A stretch of 64,000 nt of DNA from Bacilli bacterium (GCA_045541255.1 JAZQIU010000022.1:4264-68263), one strand, 5' to 3'; counted from the first letter of the stretch, positions 44,147-53,358 are shown. Notes: generated from the letters alone by a model not told the origin. Made by a program: numbers and translations.

Positions 44147-44944
44147 TCAATTAAATATTTCACATGAATATTTATTATAAAACTTATTTAAGACACCTTT
44201 ATATTTATCATTCCATGGTTTATTCTTACCACAATAATGAATTATTTTACTATTTTTATCTATCCACTCATATGTGTAAGCATTTACCATCTTTTCTGAT
44301 ACATTATATATTTTTGTATCTATCAACTTAATTCTGCCTGCGTACACTTTTGACAACACATCTTGATCTGGTAAACAAAATTTGTGTTTATTCAATCTAA
44401 TATATTCATAAATGTCTTTTTCTTTAATTTTAACTTTTCTAATTTCATTTAAATTTATCATTAACACACCAGAATTGATATATGGATCTTTTTTAGATAA
44501 TCCTAATCTTATATCATTAAATAATTTAACTATCCCTTTAACATGTGTTGCTCCTGCATAACAGAAACGATTTATATTTAAATTATATAATTCCATTATA
44601 TCTTTATCCACTATTATATCAGGATCTAAATATAATACCTTATTCACATTCTTTGGTAAATAAAGATGTGCAAATAATCTATAATACATGGTTACAGGGA
44701 ATTGCTTAGAAACAGGAGCATTAGCAAGTTTACTATCATCAATTTTTATATCAATTATTGTAATTAAATCTGAATTTACTTTTTCTCTAATATAATCAAT
44801 ATCCTTTTTTTCTAAATCTTTGTTCATAATATATACATTAGTTTTATAACTATTATTCTTTATTAAAGAATATAACATTACGATTAATGGATTAATATAT
44901 TTTTTATTTATTGTAACTAATATATTAATTGGTGATTTTTTCAT
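44147..44944 (-). CDS. glycosyltransferase family 8
   Basis: LYLDPDIIVDKDIMELYNLNI, YINSGVLMINLNEI, PDQDVLS and IHYCGKNKPW. It is the first gene of the operon, with RBS GGGAGG. Confidence 0.8.
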   Translation of the reverse strand: MKKSPINILVTINKKYINPLIVMLYSLIKNNSYKTNVYIMNKDLEKKDIDYIREKVNSDLITIIDIKIDDSKLANAPVSKQFPVTMYYRLFAHLYLPKNVNKVLYLDPDIIVDKDIMELYNLNINRFCYAGATHVKGIVKLFNDIRLGLSKKDPYINSGVLMINLNEIRKVKIKEKDIYEYIRLNKHKFCLPDQDVLSKVYAGRIKLIDTKIYNVSEKMVNAYTYEWIDKNSKIIHYCGKNKPWNDKYKGVLNKFYNKYSCEIFN

Positions 44945-45048
44945 TACTACCTCCCGTCTGAAAAAACTAGTTGTTTATTTGACAATTTGATATTTGTAAT
45001 TCTTTATCTAGAGCAATATATTTTAAATTTTCTACTTCATAAACTTTT

Positions 45049-45252
45049 TTATTTTTTTTCTAACTCTTTGATTTTTTCTGGATTTTTTACATAAAGCTCA
45101 GCATAACCACATTTGGGACATACAGCACAGTTTATTTTTTCTTTACCAGTTTTAAACATTCCTTTTTCTCTAACATCAATTCCATATCCGTTTGATACCA
45201 TTAAAGTTAGTTCTTCAACCATTTCAGTTTCGCATCTTAAACATTTTCTCAT
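45049..45252 (-). CDS. small zinc-ribbon protein
   Basis: CLRC...(37 aa)...CPKC gives two CxxC pairs in 67 aa. Confidence 0.6.
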   Translation of the reverse strand: MRKCLRCETEMVEELTLMVSNGYGIDVREKGMFKTGKEKINCAVCPKCGYAELYVKNPEKIKELEKK

Positions 45253-45292
45253 TTATACATCTCCTTAATACGCTAAATAAACATAATATTTT

Positions 45293-46489
45293 TTATTTTA
45301 ATTTAATTTCTATATCTTTTTCTTTATATTCTTTACCAGCTACATATGCGATAGTTAATTTTATTGAATCTCCTTTTTTCTTTTTTAGTAATTCGTCTTG
45401 AATATCTCCAATATCATCTACTTTTTTCCCTTCTACTTTTGTAATGATGTTTCCAATCTCTAGTTCAGAATCTTCTGCATTACTTTTTGATGCAATTTTA
45501 GATATATAAAATCCTACTGGCATATTATAATTTTTACTTTGTTCTTTGGTTACTACATACCCTTCAACACCTAATGTCATACCAGATGATATTTCTTCAC
45601 CATTCATAAGAGATGTAATTAATTCTTTTACATCAGTTATAGGAATTGCAAATCCCATTCCTTCAATACTTGCTTCACTTGAAAAACCGTTAGATGAATA
45701 TTTTGCTGAATTAATACCAATAACTTCCCCTTTGCTATTTAATAATGCACCTCCACTATTTCCACCATTAATAGCAGCATCTATTTGTATCATTTCATTT
45801 TTATATGTATCTATTTCAACTTCTCTATTCAATGCACTTACAACTCCAGTTGTAACTGATTGTCCATAACCTAAAGCATTACCAATTGCTATTACACCAT
45901 TTCCTACTTTTAAATCATTAGAATCTCCTAATGTAGCAATTTTTATTTTTTCTAATGTTTCATTATCTATTTTATTTAACTTAACTGAAATAACTGCAAT
46001 ATCTTTTCTCTCATTTGTACCCTTTATTTCTGCATCATAATCTTTTTCATTTATAAATTGAACTGATAATTCTTCAGCTCCTGCTACAACATGATTATTA
46101 GTTAAGATCAATAATTCATCATCATTCTTACTGACTATAATTCCAGAACCTGCACCTTCACTATATCTTTCAGTCCCCCAGAAATATGGTCCGTATTTAC
46201 CTGAGGATATAAGTGTTTTACTTGTAATTGAAACAATTGAAGGCATTACTTCTTCTACTACTTCAGAAACATCAGTAATATATATACCTTCTTTTATTTT
46301 TGTATTAACATTTGTATAATTTAATTCTGCTTTCTTACCAATAGAAAAATTGAAATCAAAATCAACAAATTTAAATATTAAAATTAATGCTAAAATTACT
46401 GATAAAATTATAATTACTATCGTTTTAGAATCTGTTTTTTTGCTATTATTTTCTATTTTTGCATCTATTATTTTTTCTTCCTTTTTCAT
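45293..46489 (-). CDS. htrA: HtrA/DegP-family serine protease with PDZ domain, membrane anchored
   Basis: N-terminal TM. Catalytic triad context: TNNHVV (His), ERKDIAVI (Asp), GNSGGALLN (Ser). The C-terminal PDZ-like region includes IGNIITKVEGKKV. Confidence 0.9.
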   Translation of the reverse strand: MKKEEKIIDAKIENNSKKTDSKTIVIIILSVILALILIFKFVDFDFNFSIGKKAELNYTNVNTKIKEGIYITDVSEVVEEVMPSIVSITSKTLISSGKYGPYFWGTERYSEGAGSGIIVSKNDDELLILTNNHVVAGAEELSVQFINEKDYDAEIKGTNERKDIAVISVKLNKIDNETLEKIKIATLGDSNDLKVGNGVIAIGNALGYGQSVTTGVVSALNREVEIDTYKNEMIQIDAAINGGNSGGALLNSKGEVIGINSAKYSSNGFSSEASIEGMGFAIPITDVKELITSLMNGEEISSGMTLGVEGYVVTKEQSKNYNMPVGFYISKIASKSNAEDSELEIGNIITKVEGKKVDDIGDIQDELLKKKKGDSIKLTIAYVAGKEYKEKDIEIKLK

Positions 46490-46492
46490 ATA

Positions 46493-47173
46493 TTAATCAT
46501 CCCTTCTCCCAAACATTAATATCAATCTAAGTATTTGAATTATAGTAGTTGCTATACTCGCAACATAAGTTAATGCTGCTGCTGTCAACATTGTTTTTCC
46601 TTGCTTTAATTCTTTACTATTAAATATATGAGAATAATCTAACTCCGTAAGAGCTCTTTTGCTAGCATTTATTTCTACTGGTAAAGTAACTACTTGAAAT
46701 AATAAAATAATTACTTCTGTCAAAATACCTAACCAAATAAGATTTTGAGAACTAAATAATAACCCTAACATAATAGCAAAGTATCCTGCATAAGATGAAA
46801 AATTAACTATTGGAACTAGCGAACTTCTAATTCTCATAAATTTATAGTTTTCTTTATCTTGAATTGCATGTCCACACTCATGACATGCAACTGCTACTGC
46901 ACCTATACTAGCATCTCTATAAACATTACTTGATAATTTTATAACTTTTTTAGTAGGGTCATAATGATCTGTCAAGTATCCTCCTGTTTCTACAACATAA
47001 ACATTATTAAGACCATTCTTATCTAATATATATCTTGCTGCTTCTGCACCTGTTATATTTCTATCATTTTTTATTTTTGAATATTTACTATATGATGAAC
47101 TAACAAATGCTTGAGCAATCATTGTTATTATTAATGATATAAAAGTTAATCCATACACTACCATCCAATCCAT
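46493..47173 (-). CDS. YugP-type putative neutral zinc metallopeptidase (Zn_peptidase_2)
   Basis: The TM-flanked domain carries AVACHECGHAIQD (HExxH). Confidence 0.8.
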   Translation of the reverse strand: MDWMVVYGLTFISLIITMIAQAFVSSSYSKYSKIKNDRNITGAEAARYILDKNGLNNVYVVETGGYLTDHYDPTKKVIKLSSNVYRDASIGAVAVACHECGHAIQDKENYKFMRIRSSLVPIVNFSSYAGYFAIMLGLLFSSQNLIWLGILTEVIILLFQVVTLPVEINASKRALTELDYSHIFNSKELKQGKTMLTAAALTYVASIATTIIQILRLILMFGRRDD

Positions 47174-47181
47174 AATATCAC

Positions 47182-48033
47182 CTATTTAAACCTTTCCCTT
47201 AATTTTTCTTGTTCTTTATCTAATTTTTCTTTTTCTTTTTCTTCTTTTTCTTCTATAATTTCTGCTTCAATTACTTTTGAATGTGAGTAATTTGCATTCA
47301 AATCTATTACTTTTGTTCCTGCAATCATATCATGTAACCCTCTTTTATCTTTTCTGTATAAAACCATAAATAAAATTGTCATTTCAATTATTCCAGAAAC
47401 CATTGTTATATACTCATGAGCCAATAAATAAGCACCTTTGTTTATTACAAATAAAAGTATTAAGTTTAAAGAATTTGTTATTATCCCCGTTAATACAGTT
47501 GTTCTTAATAGCAACTTTAATATATTTGCCTTTTTATTATCTTTTGATACAACTTGAATTTGCAACATTTTTTTACCTAAAGTTTGACCGTTACAGAAAT
47601 ATCCAAATACCGCAAAATATAAAAGTGTACATATTATTGTAATAATTGATGGAATGTAATTAATTTTCATTAATTCATAATTACTATCTTGATATACCTC
47701 ATTATATTTACTATAAACAATATCATATATTTCATCATATTCTTTTTTTGTTATTTCTTCATCTTCGTAATATTTTGCCAAATCAATTATTTCAATGTAT
47801 TCTTCTTGAAACTTTTCATATTCCTTCTTATCAATTTTTTTATCTTCATATTCTTCTTTAAAATCTTCAATAAAATCAATATAAGGTTCTATTTTATCTT
47901 CATATTTTTCCACCTTATTCTCATATTCGTTATAATTCATATTAATCATTGGTAAAGTCGATAAACAACTCGATAAAATTGTAACTAACATCATATCAAT
48001 TAAGTATGCTAAAATTCGTTTCACTATATTCAC
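47182..48033 (-). CDS. RDD-family membrane protein with acidic/lysine-rich insert
   Basis: KRILAYLIDM... at the start and ...RGLHDMIAGTKVI near the last TM, as in the RDD family. GTG start; an alternative GTG at 48024 has better SD spacing. Confidence 0.65.
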   Translation of the reverse strand: MNIVKRILAYLIDMMLVTILSSCLSTLPMINMNYNEYENKVEKYEDKIEPYIDFIEDFKEEYEDKKIDKKEYEKFQEEYIEIIDLAKYYEDEEITKKEYDEIYDIVYSKYNEVYQDSNYELMKINYIPSIITIICTLLYFAVFGYFCNGQTLGKKMLQIQVVSKDNKKANILKLLLRTTVLTGIITNSLNLILLFVINKGAYLLAHEYITMVSGIIEMTILFMVLYRKDKRGLHDMIAGTKVIDLNANYSHSKVIEAEIIEEKEEKEKEKLDKEQEKLRERFK

Positions 48034-48081
48034 CTTCCAGATAAATAATAAATTATAAAAATTATAAAATTATTATTAAAT

Positions 48082-48098
48082 TATTAAAAATTATTAAA
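48082..48098 (+). repeat. intergenic AT motif copy: TATTAAAAATTATTAAA (exact 17-mer)
   Basis: Identical 17-mers occur at 52087-52103 and 52267-52283. This copy abuts the histidine-kinase terminator. Confidence 0.7.
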
Positions 48099-48117
48099 AA
48101 AGAATCATTACGATTCT
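48096..48117 (-). terminator. rho-independent terminator of the two-component operon
   Basis: The minus strand reads AGAATC-GTAAT-GATTCT followed by TTTTTT. The 5' arm lies within the last codons and stop of the kinase gene. Confidence 0.6.
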
Positions 48118-49379
48118 TTTTTCTTCTTTGGTATGCTAAACTCAATCGTTAAGCCACCATTATTATTGTTATATGCTTTGATTTTTCCCTTATGAAGAAG
48201 TATATTTTCTTTTACTATTGATAAACCCAATCCTGAATTTTTTCTTGAACTGTCAGTTGTGAATAAAGGATTAAAAATCTTATCAATTATTTCTTCTTTA
48301 ACACCACAACCATTATCTGCTATTATGAAATTAACATTATTTTTATCATTTTTTACTTTTATTGTAATTTTTCCGTTTTCTGAAAGAAATTTTACACTAT
48401 TAGATATAATATTGGAAAACACTCTTTTTATCTTAGTCATATTTATTTCAAGTACTTCTTTTTTACAATTCTCATCAACAACAATTTCAAATTTAATATC
48501 ATTTAATTCTAATTCATTCTTGTAATCTAATTCTATTTGTTTTATTAAATCATTTATACTTATATCTACAAACTTAATATCATTGTCTGAATGATTTATT
48601 AAATAATCATCAAAATTACTTGCTATTTCTTTTATATGATTAGATTTAATGTTTATAATATCATTATATTTTTTTATAGTTCTTAAATCTTTTTCATTTT
48701 TTATCAAATCTGAATATCCAATAATAGATGTTAAAGGGGTTTTTATATCATGAGATATACTTGCAATTATTCTATTTTTTTCTTCATTATTTTTATCTAA
48801 TGATTCTGTTAAAGTGACAAATTCATTTTGAATTACATCGATATCACTATTTAATTTATTTCTTGTTGGTTTTCTACCATATTTATAATTTTTCATATCC
48901 TCTATTAATTTAGATATTGGATTCACAATAGCTTTATTAGAAAAGAAATATACTACAACTAATATAATTATAAGTAAAAATAATTGAATTTTGAAAAAAT
49001 CAAAAAAAGTTCCCCAACCAGTAGAATTTTGGTTAAAATAACCCTTTACTAGATAATGTTCGTTTCCTACCTTAATTAAATCTGATATAAATAAAAGATC
49101 TGTATGTTCATTTTCTGACTCTTTTACAAGTTCATTATTGAAAGCAGTTATGGAATAATTTATTTTCTTTTCATCCAATACATTTATCAATTCTTCAATA
49201 GAATTATAATCTTGTGAAACAATTTCATTTTTTAATTTTAATGAATCGTCATAAACCTTCTGAATTGATGGTTTTAAATAACCCATTCCCCAAACAATTA
49301 AGCAAAGTAAGTTAAAAATAAGTGTAACAAATAGTCCTAATATTATTTTTCTATGAATTGATTTACTATTTTTAAACAT
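48108..49379 (-). CDS. sensor histidine kinase
   Basis: Two TMs, H-box SHDIKTPLTSI, IADNGCGV (G1) and SGLGLSIV (G2). The preferred start MFKNSKS forms an ATGTTTAA overlap with the regulator's stop. Confidence 0.9.
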   Translation of the reverse strand: MFKNSKSIHRKIILGLFVTLIFNLLCLIVWGMGYLKPSIQKVYDDSLKLKNEIVSQDYNSIEELINVLDEKKINYSITAFNNELVKESENEHTDLLFISDLIKVGNEHYLVKGYFNQNSTGWGTFFDFFKIQLFLLIIILVVVYFFSNKAIVNPISKLIEDMKNYKYGRKPTRNKLNSDIDVIQNEFVTLTESLDKNNEEKNRIIASISHDIKTPLTSIIGYSDLIKNEKDLRTIKKYNDIINIKSNHIKEIASNFDDYLINHSDNDIKFVDISINDLIKQIELDYKNELELNDIKFEIVVDENCKKEVLEINMTKIKRVFSNIISNSVKFLSENGKITIKVKNDKNNVNFIIADNGCGVKEEIIDKIFNPLFTTDSSRKNSGLGLSIVKENILLHKGKIKAYNNNNGGLTIEFSIPKKKKES

Positions 49380-50067
49380 TAGTTTCTCCATTTACAAATT
49401 TATATCCATAACCCCATATAGTTATAATATACTTTGCATCTTTATCAAGTTTATCTCTTAAATTTTTAATATTTACAGCTATTGTTCCAATATCTCCGTA
49501 ATCACTACCCCATACAGATTCAAATATTTGTTCTTTTGATAAAGCAATATCTTTATTTTTAACTAAATAACTTAATAATTCAAATTCTTTTGTTGTAAGT
49601 TCAACTACTTTATCATCTTTTTTTGCAATAAATTTGTTTGGATTTATTGATATTTTACCAACAACAATTTCATCAGCATCATTTGTTATTATTTGCTCTC
49701 TTATTCTGTCATTCATTCTTAAATGTGCTTTAACTTTAGCAACCAATTCTTTATTATTAAATGGTTTAGTAATATAATCATCTGCTCCGATCTCATATCC
49801 AACTATTTTATCCACAACATCATTTTTTGCTGATACAAAGACAATTGGACAAGAAACGGAAGATCTTATTTTTGCACAAAGTTCTGTTCCACTTATTTCA
49901 GGCATCATTATATCTAAAAGAATCAAATTGTATTTTTTTAAATTAGGATCATCTATTACTAATTTAGGATTATTGATTATAGATACTTCAATTTTTTCTT
50001 TTTCCAAAACTAATTTCATTAATTCAGAAATATCTTTATCATCATCTACTATAAGTATTTTTGCCAT
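49372..50067 (-). CDS. OmpR-family response regulator
   Basis: MAKILIVDDD...LILLDIMMPEISG (receiver Asp) and C-terminal winged helix ...TIWGYGYKF. Confidence 0.9.
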   Translation of the reverse strand: MAKILIVDDDKDISELMKLVLEKEKIEVSIINNPKLVIDDPNLKKYNLILLDIMMPEISGTELCAKIRSSVSCPIVFVSAKNDVVDKIVGYEIGADDYITKPFNNKELVAKVKAHLRMNDRIREQIITNDADEIVVGKISINPNKFIAKKDDKVVELTTKEFELLSYLVKNKDIALSKEQIFESVWGSDYGDIGTIAVNIKNLRDKLDKDAKYIITIWGYGYKFVNGETNV

Positions 50068-50101
50068 TTAATCACTTCCTAACTATATTATACTACAAAT
50101 T

Positions 50102-50347
50102 TTACTTGATTTTTATTTTAGATAAAATTTCTTTTATTTCTTCATCATTTAAAATCATTCCTTCGGATACTAATTTCTTATTAATCACCAATCCTGGTTT
50201 TTCTTTTACTTTGTATTTATTTATAGAATATTCTGCATTTGCCTTAATAACTTGAATATATGGACTAATTTCTTCGGCAACCTTATTCACTTTATTATAC
50301 AAAACTAAACCCTTTTCACAATCACTACCTACTATTTCAACAATCAT
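50102..50347 (-). CDS. thioredoxin-fold protein (Thioredoxin_3 type), monothiol C-x-x-G variant
   Basis: MIVEIVGSDCEKGLVLYNK...KPGLVINKKLVSEG. The topology matches redox-active disulfide protein 2, but the second Cys of CxxC is replaced by Gly. Paralogue of 37633-37875. Confidence 0.65.
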   Translation of the reverse strand: MIVEIVGSDCEKGLVLYNKVNKVAEEISPYIQVIKANAEYSINKYKVKEKPGLVINKKLVSEGMILNDEEIKEILSKIKIK

Positions 50348-50357
50348 GTTAAACCTC

Positions 50358-50801
50358 CTATCTGATTATTTCAATTTTTAATTTTTTTAAAGCTATCACT
50401 TTTACTTTTTGCCCACAATTTGGACACTTCGCTTTTTTTATTCCTCTATTCATTGGTAAAGGAAGTTTTAATGTAGTATGACATTTATGACATTTTTTAT
50501 ATATATGATCTTTATCCTTCAAATTTCGTTTTATATTATTAAATGGTTTTAATATATTTTTCTTTAATTTTAGAAATGCAACATTTTCGTCACTTCTTTT
50601 ATATATTTTCTTTGAGAAACATCGATAAAACATAATAAAAACTATGATAATTTCTAATGTTGAAATTATTGTTGATTTTAAAAATAAATTTACAATTAAT
50701 AATATAAAATACAACTTAAATAAAAACTTATATAAATCATCTGTTCCATATCTACCATACATAAATTTTTGAAATTTTCGATTAAAATTCACTATATTCA
50801 C
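50358..50801 (-). CDS. membrane protein with C-terminal zinc ribbon
   Basis: Two TMs followed by CHKCHTTLKLPLPMNRGIKKAKCPNCG (CxxC...CxxC). Confidence 0.6.
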   Translation of the reverse strand: MNIVNFNRKFQKFMYGRYGTDDLYKFLFKLYFILLIVNLFLKSTIISTLEIIIVFIMFYRCFSKKIYKRSDENVAFLKLKKNILKPFNNIKRNLKDKDHIYKKCHKCHTTLKLPLPMNRGIKKAKCPNCGQKVKVIALKKLKIEIIR

Positions 50802-50884
50802 CTCTCTAGAATATTCATAAGTTTTCTTAAATAGTCATCTATCATGTTATATATTTTAAAAACTATTAATTATATTTTTAATAT

Positions 50885-51064
50885 CTACTCTTCTTCTATA
50901 TTTTTCTTGTTTTTAATATTTTTTGTCTTGTCTATTAACTTATCAGTTTTATTCTTTATATCTTTTCTAATTTCAGAACCTTTTTTTGAAGCAAGTAATA
51001 TACCAGCTCCAACTCCAACTGCTGTTCCTACAGCTAATGCCCCTAATACTTTTTTCTTACTCAT
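50885..51064 (-). CDS. YtxH-domain small protein (59 aa), not in ORF track
   Basis: Own translation: MSKKKVLGALAVGTAVGVGAGILLASKKGSEIRKDIKNKTDKLIDKTKNIKNKKNIEEE. The ATG lies 7 nt after AAAGGAGAG. The G/A-rich TM plus 'APKSGxExR'-like segment is characteristic of YtxH. Confidence 0.7.
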   Translation of the reverse strand: MSKKKVLGALAVGTAVGVGAGILLASKKGSEIRKDIKNKTDKLIDKTKNIKNKKNIEEE

Positions 51065-51085
51065 TTTTAATCTCTCCTTTTATTT

Positions 51086-52015
51086 TTATACATTAACACT
51101 AAACAATTTTTTCTTATAATGTTTTGGTATTAAAAATTTCATCTTACTAGATACTTTTATATTATATTCATTACCAAAATATTCAAATTTTTCACCATCT
51201 ATACACCAATTCTTATCAAGTTTATCGATAAATTTTATAGAAACATCATGTGCTTTCAATGAAATAATATCATCAGGATTTTTGCCGAATATATATTTTA
51301 AAAAGTTTTTAATAAAATCTTTTTTTGAACTGGATTTACATAATAATACTTCTATCCTTTCATCATTTAAACAAACATCTTTGTGAAAGTTACTAATACC
51401 TGCAATATGATCTGCATTGGAAACCATTATTAAAGAATATAACCCATTTATTTTTATTCCGTCAACTTCAACCTCTGCATTATATCTTTTCATTTTATTA
51501 AAAATCTCTGTTATTCCTTCTTTAATATAAGCCCTATAACCAGACTTCTTTTTATCTTCACTCTTTGTTTCATACGGGATATTCATAAGTTTACCCATAC
51601 CAACTACATAAACAAATGGATTATCATTTATTGTACCAATATCATAATCCTTTTCCACACCATCTAATGCCAAATTTATATTGTCAACAGGATTTTTTCC
51701 ATATCCAAGCATTGTTGCGACATCATTGCATGTCCCACTCGGTAAAGGGCATATTGTTAATTTATTCTTTCTATAATAATTTCCTCTTATAACCTCATTT
51801 AATGTTCCATCTCCACCTATTGAGAAAACAATATTATAATTTTTGGCATTTGTTATTATTTCAGTTGCATGATTTTTATATTTTGTAGCTAAAACATCAA
51901 CTTTGTATCCATTATCCTTTAAAATATCTTGATAGATTGCTAAAACATCTTCACTAATAGCTTTACCACTATTTGGATTATAGATAATTAGACACTTTTT
52001 TATATCATCTTTCAT
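51086..52015 (-). CDS. diacylglycerol-kinase-family lipid kinase (DagK/YegS type)
   Basis: LIIYNPNSGK and SIGGDGTLNEV (GGDGT motif). The preferred start MKDDIKK lies 6 nt after AAGGTG. Confidence 0.85.
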   Translation of the reverse strand: MKDDIKKCLIIYNPNSGKAISEDVLAIYQDILKDNGYKVDVLATKYKNHATEIITNAKNYNIVFSIGGDGTLNEVIRGNYYRKNKLTICPLPSGTCNDVATMLGYGKNPVDNINLALDGVEKDYDIGTINDNPFVYVVGMGKLMNIPYETKSEDKKKSGYRAYIKEGITEIFNKMKRYNAEVEVDGIKINGLYSLIMVSNADHIAGISNFHKDVCLNDERIEVLLCKSSSKKDFIKNFLKYIFGKNPDDIISLKAHDVSIKFIDKLDKNWCIDGEKFEYFGNEYNIKVSSKMKFLIPKHYKKKLFSVNV

Positions 52016-52086
52016 ATCTCGCACCTTCTTCATCTAATAAACCAAGTTAATTATAAAAAAATATTATTAAAAATCAGTTATTAAAT

Positions 52087-52103
52087 TATTAAAAATTATT
52101 AAA
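52087..52103 (+). repeat. intergenic AT motif copy: TATTAAAAATTATTAAA (exact 17-mer)
   Basis: Identical to 48082-48098 and 52267-52283. It abuts the large hairpin. Confidence 0.7.
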
Positions 52104-52195
52104 AAAAGAAAATCTATACATATCATTTAATTAAATGATAATCATATAGAAAGAAAGGAGTATTTATCTTCTATATGTAAGTAGATTTTCTTTTT
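52101..52195 (-). terminator. large imperfect hairpin flanked by A7 and T5 runs (bidirectional terminator-like element)
   Basis: GAAAATCTATACATAT (52108-52123) pairs with ATATGTA-AG-TAGATTTTC (52173-52190): 16 bp with a 2-nt bulge. The 49-nt loop contains the perfect palindrome CATTTAATTAAATG (52124-52137) and ATGAT-A-ATCAT. Confidence 0.5.
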
Positions 52196-52266
52196 ATTGT
52201 ATCTTATTAATTAAATAAAATACAATTTTAGCATACTTTTAAAAAATTATATAATCATTATTATTT

Positions 52267-52283
52267 TATTAAAAATTATTAAA
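52267..52283 (+). repeat. intergenic AT motif copy: TATTAAAAATTATTAAA (exact 17-mer)
   Basis: Identical to 48082-48098 and 52087-52103. On the minus strand it is preceded by a consensus TTGACA (plus strand tgtcaa, ~52299-52304). Confidence 0.7.
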
Positions 52284-52323
52284 TATTAAAAACATTTTGT
52301 CAATCTAATTTTTACTTGTAAAA

Positions 52324-53358
52324 TCAGATTTCCTTTTTATCAATTTCGTATTCATCATAAATATTCCCCATAATTTCTTCTACTGCATCTTCAACTGTTA
52401 CTATTCCTACAAATTTATTATCTTTATAAACAGCGCCAATGCTTTCATTCTTTTCCTGCATATATCTAAACACATCATCTATTTTTTCCTTAAAATTAAA
52501 TTGATGAATAGGTCTAATTATGTCTTTTATTTGAAGATTTTTATCCTCTCTATGATGAATGATAAAGTCTTTTACATTGAGAACTCCTATTATATTATTT
52601 TTATTATTATCATATACTGGAAATCTAGAAAATTTAGTTTCCTTGATTTTTAAAATATTATCTTTTAAAGTATTATTAATATCCAACATAACTACATCGT
52701 TTTTAGGAGTCATTACTTTATCAACTTCTATGTCATTGAATTTAAAAATATTTAAAATATATTCCTTTTCTTTTTCTTCAATTATTCCTTCTTCTTTTCC
52801 AGTTATTATAATCTTTTTAATATCCTCTTCTGTTAAATCATTACTTTTTTCTTTTATATTAAAGATTTTACATATCAATTCAGTTGAAAAAGTCAAAAAC
52901 TTAATTAAAGGATTAAATATAATATTAACTAATTTTATTAAATTAACAAAAGTAATAGCAACTTTATATGGATCGTTAATTGCTATTTTTTTGGGAACTA
53001 ATTCACCAAAAACTAATGTAAAATACGATAGTACTATTGTAATTATAATTACTAATATACTTCTTAATACTGATTGAGAAAGAAAAGAAATATTAATTAT
53101 TCCTAAAAAATAATCCGCAAAATAATCTGCTGCAAAGGCACTTGCAAGAAAACCAGCTAATGTTATTCCAATTTGAATTGTTGACAAAAAAGAAGAAGAA
53201 TTATCCAATATTTTAATTATACTTTTTGCTTTTTTGTTTCCTTTTTTACTTTCCTCTTTTAACTCATATTTATCTAAAGACAAGAAAGCTAATTCACTTG
53301 CTGAAAAAACACCATTTATACTTATCAAAATAATTAATAATACAATACTAAAAAACAT
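52324..53358 (-). CDS. CNNM/DUF21 plus CBS-pair membrane protein (hemolysin/CorC-family, lacks the CorC_HlyC C-terminal domain)
   Basis: The N-terminal 4-TM DUF21 pattern includes NGVFSASELAFLS. Two CBS-like segments follow. The protein ends shortly after them. Confidence 0.8.
   Translation of the reverse strand: MFFSIVLLIILISINGVFSASELAFLSLDKYELKEESKKGNKKAKSIIKILDNSSSFLSTIQIGITLAGFLASAFAADYFADYFLGIINISFLSQSVLRSILVIIITIVLSYFTLVFGELVPKKIAINDPYKVAITFVNLIKLVNIIFNPLIKFLTFSTELICKIFNIKEKSNDLTEEDIKKIIITGKEEGIIEEKEKEYILNIFKFNDIEVDKVMTPKNDVVMLDINNTLKDNILKIKETKFSRFPVYDNNKNNIIGVLNVKDFIIHHREDKNLQIKDIIRPIHQFNFKEKIDDVFRYMQEKNESIGAVYKDNKFVGIVTVEDAVEEIMGNIYDEYEIDKKEI

Noticed and set aside
50844-51119. 91-aa plus-strand ORF.
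   Set aside because: The opposite strand carries a YtxH-type ORF (50885-51064) with a proper SD, and the 3' end of the lipid-kinase gene. The plus-strand product is low complexity.
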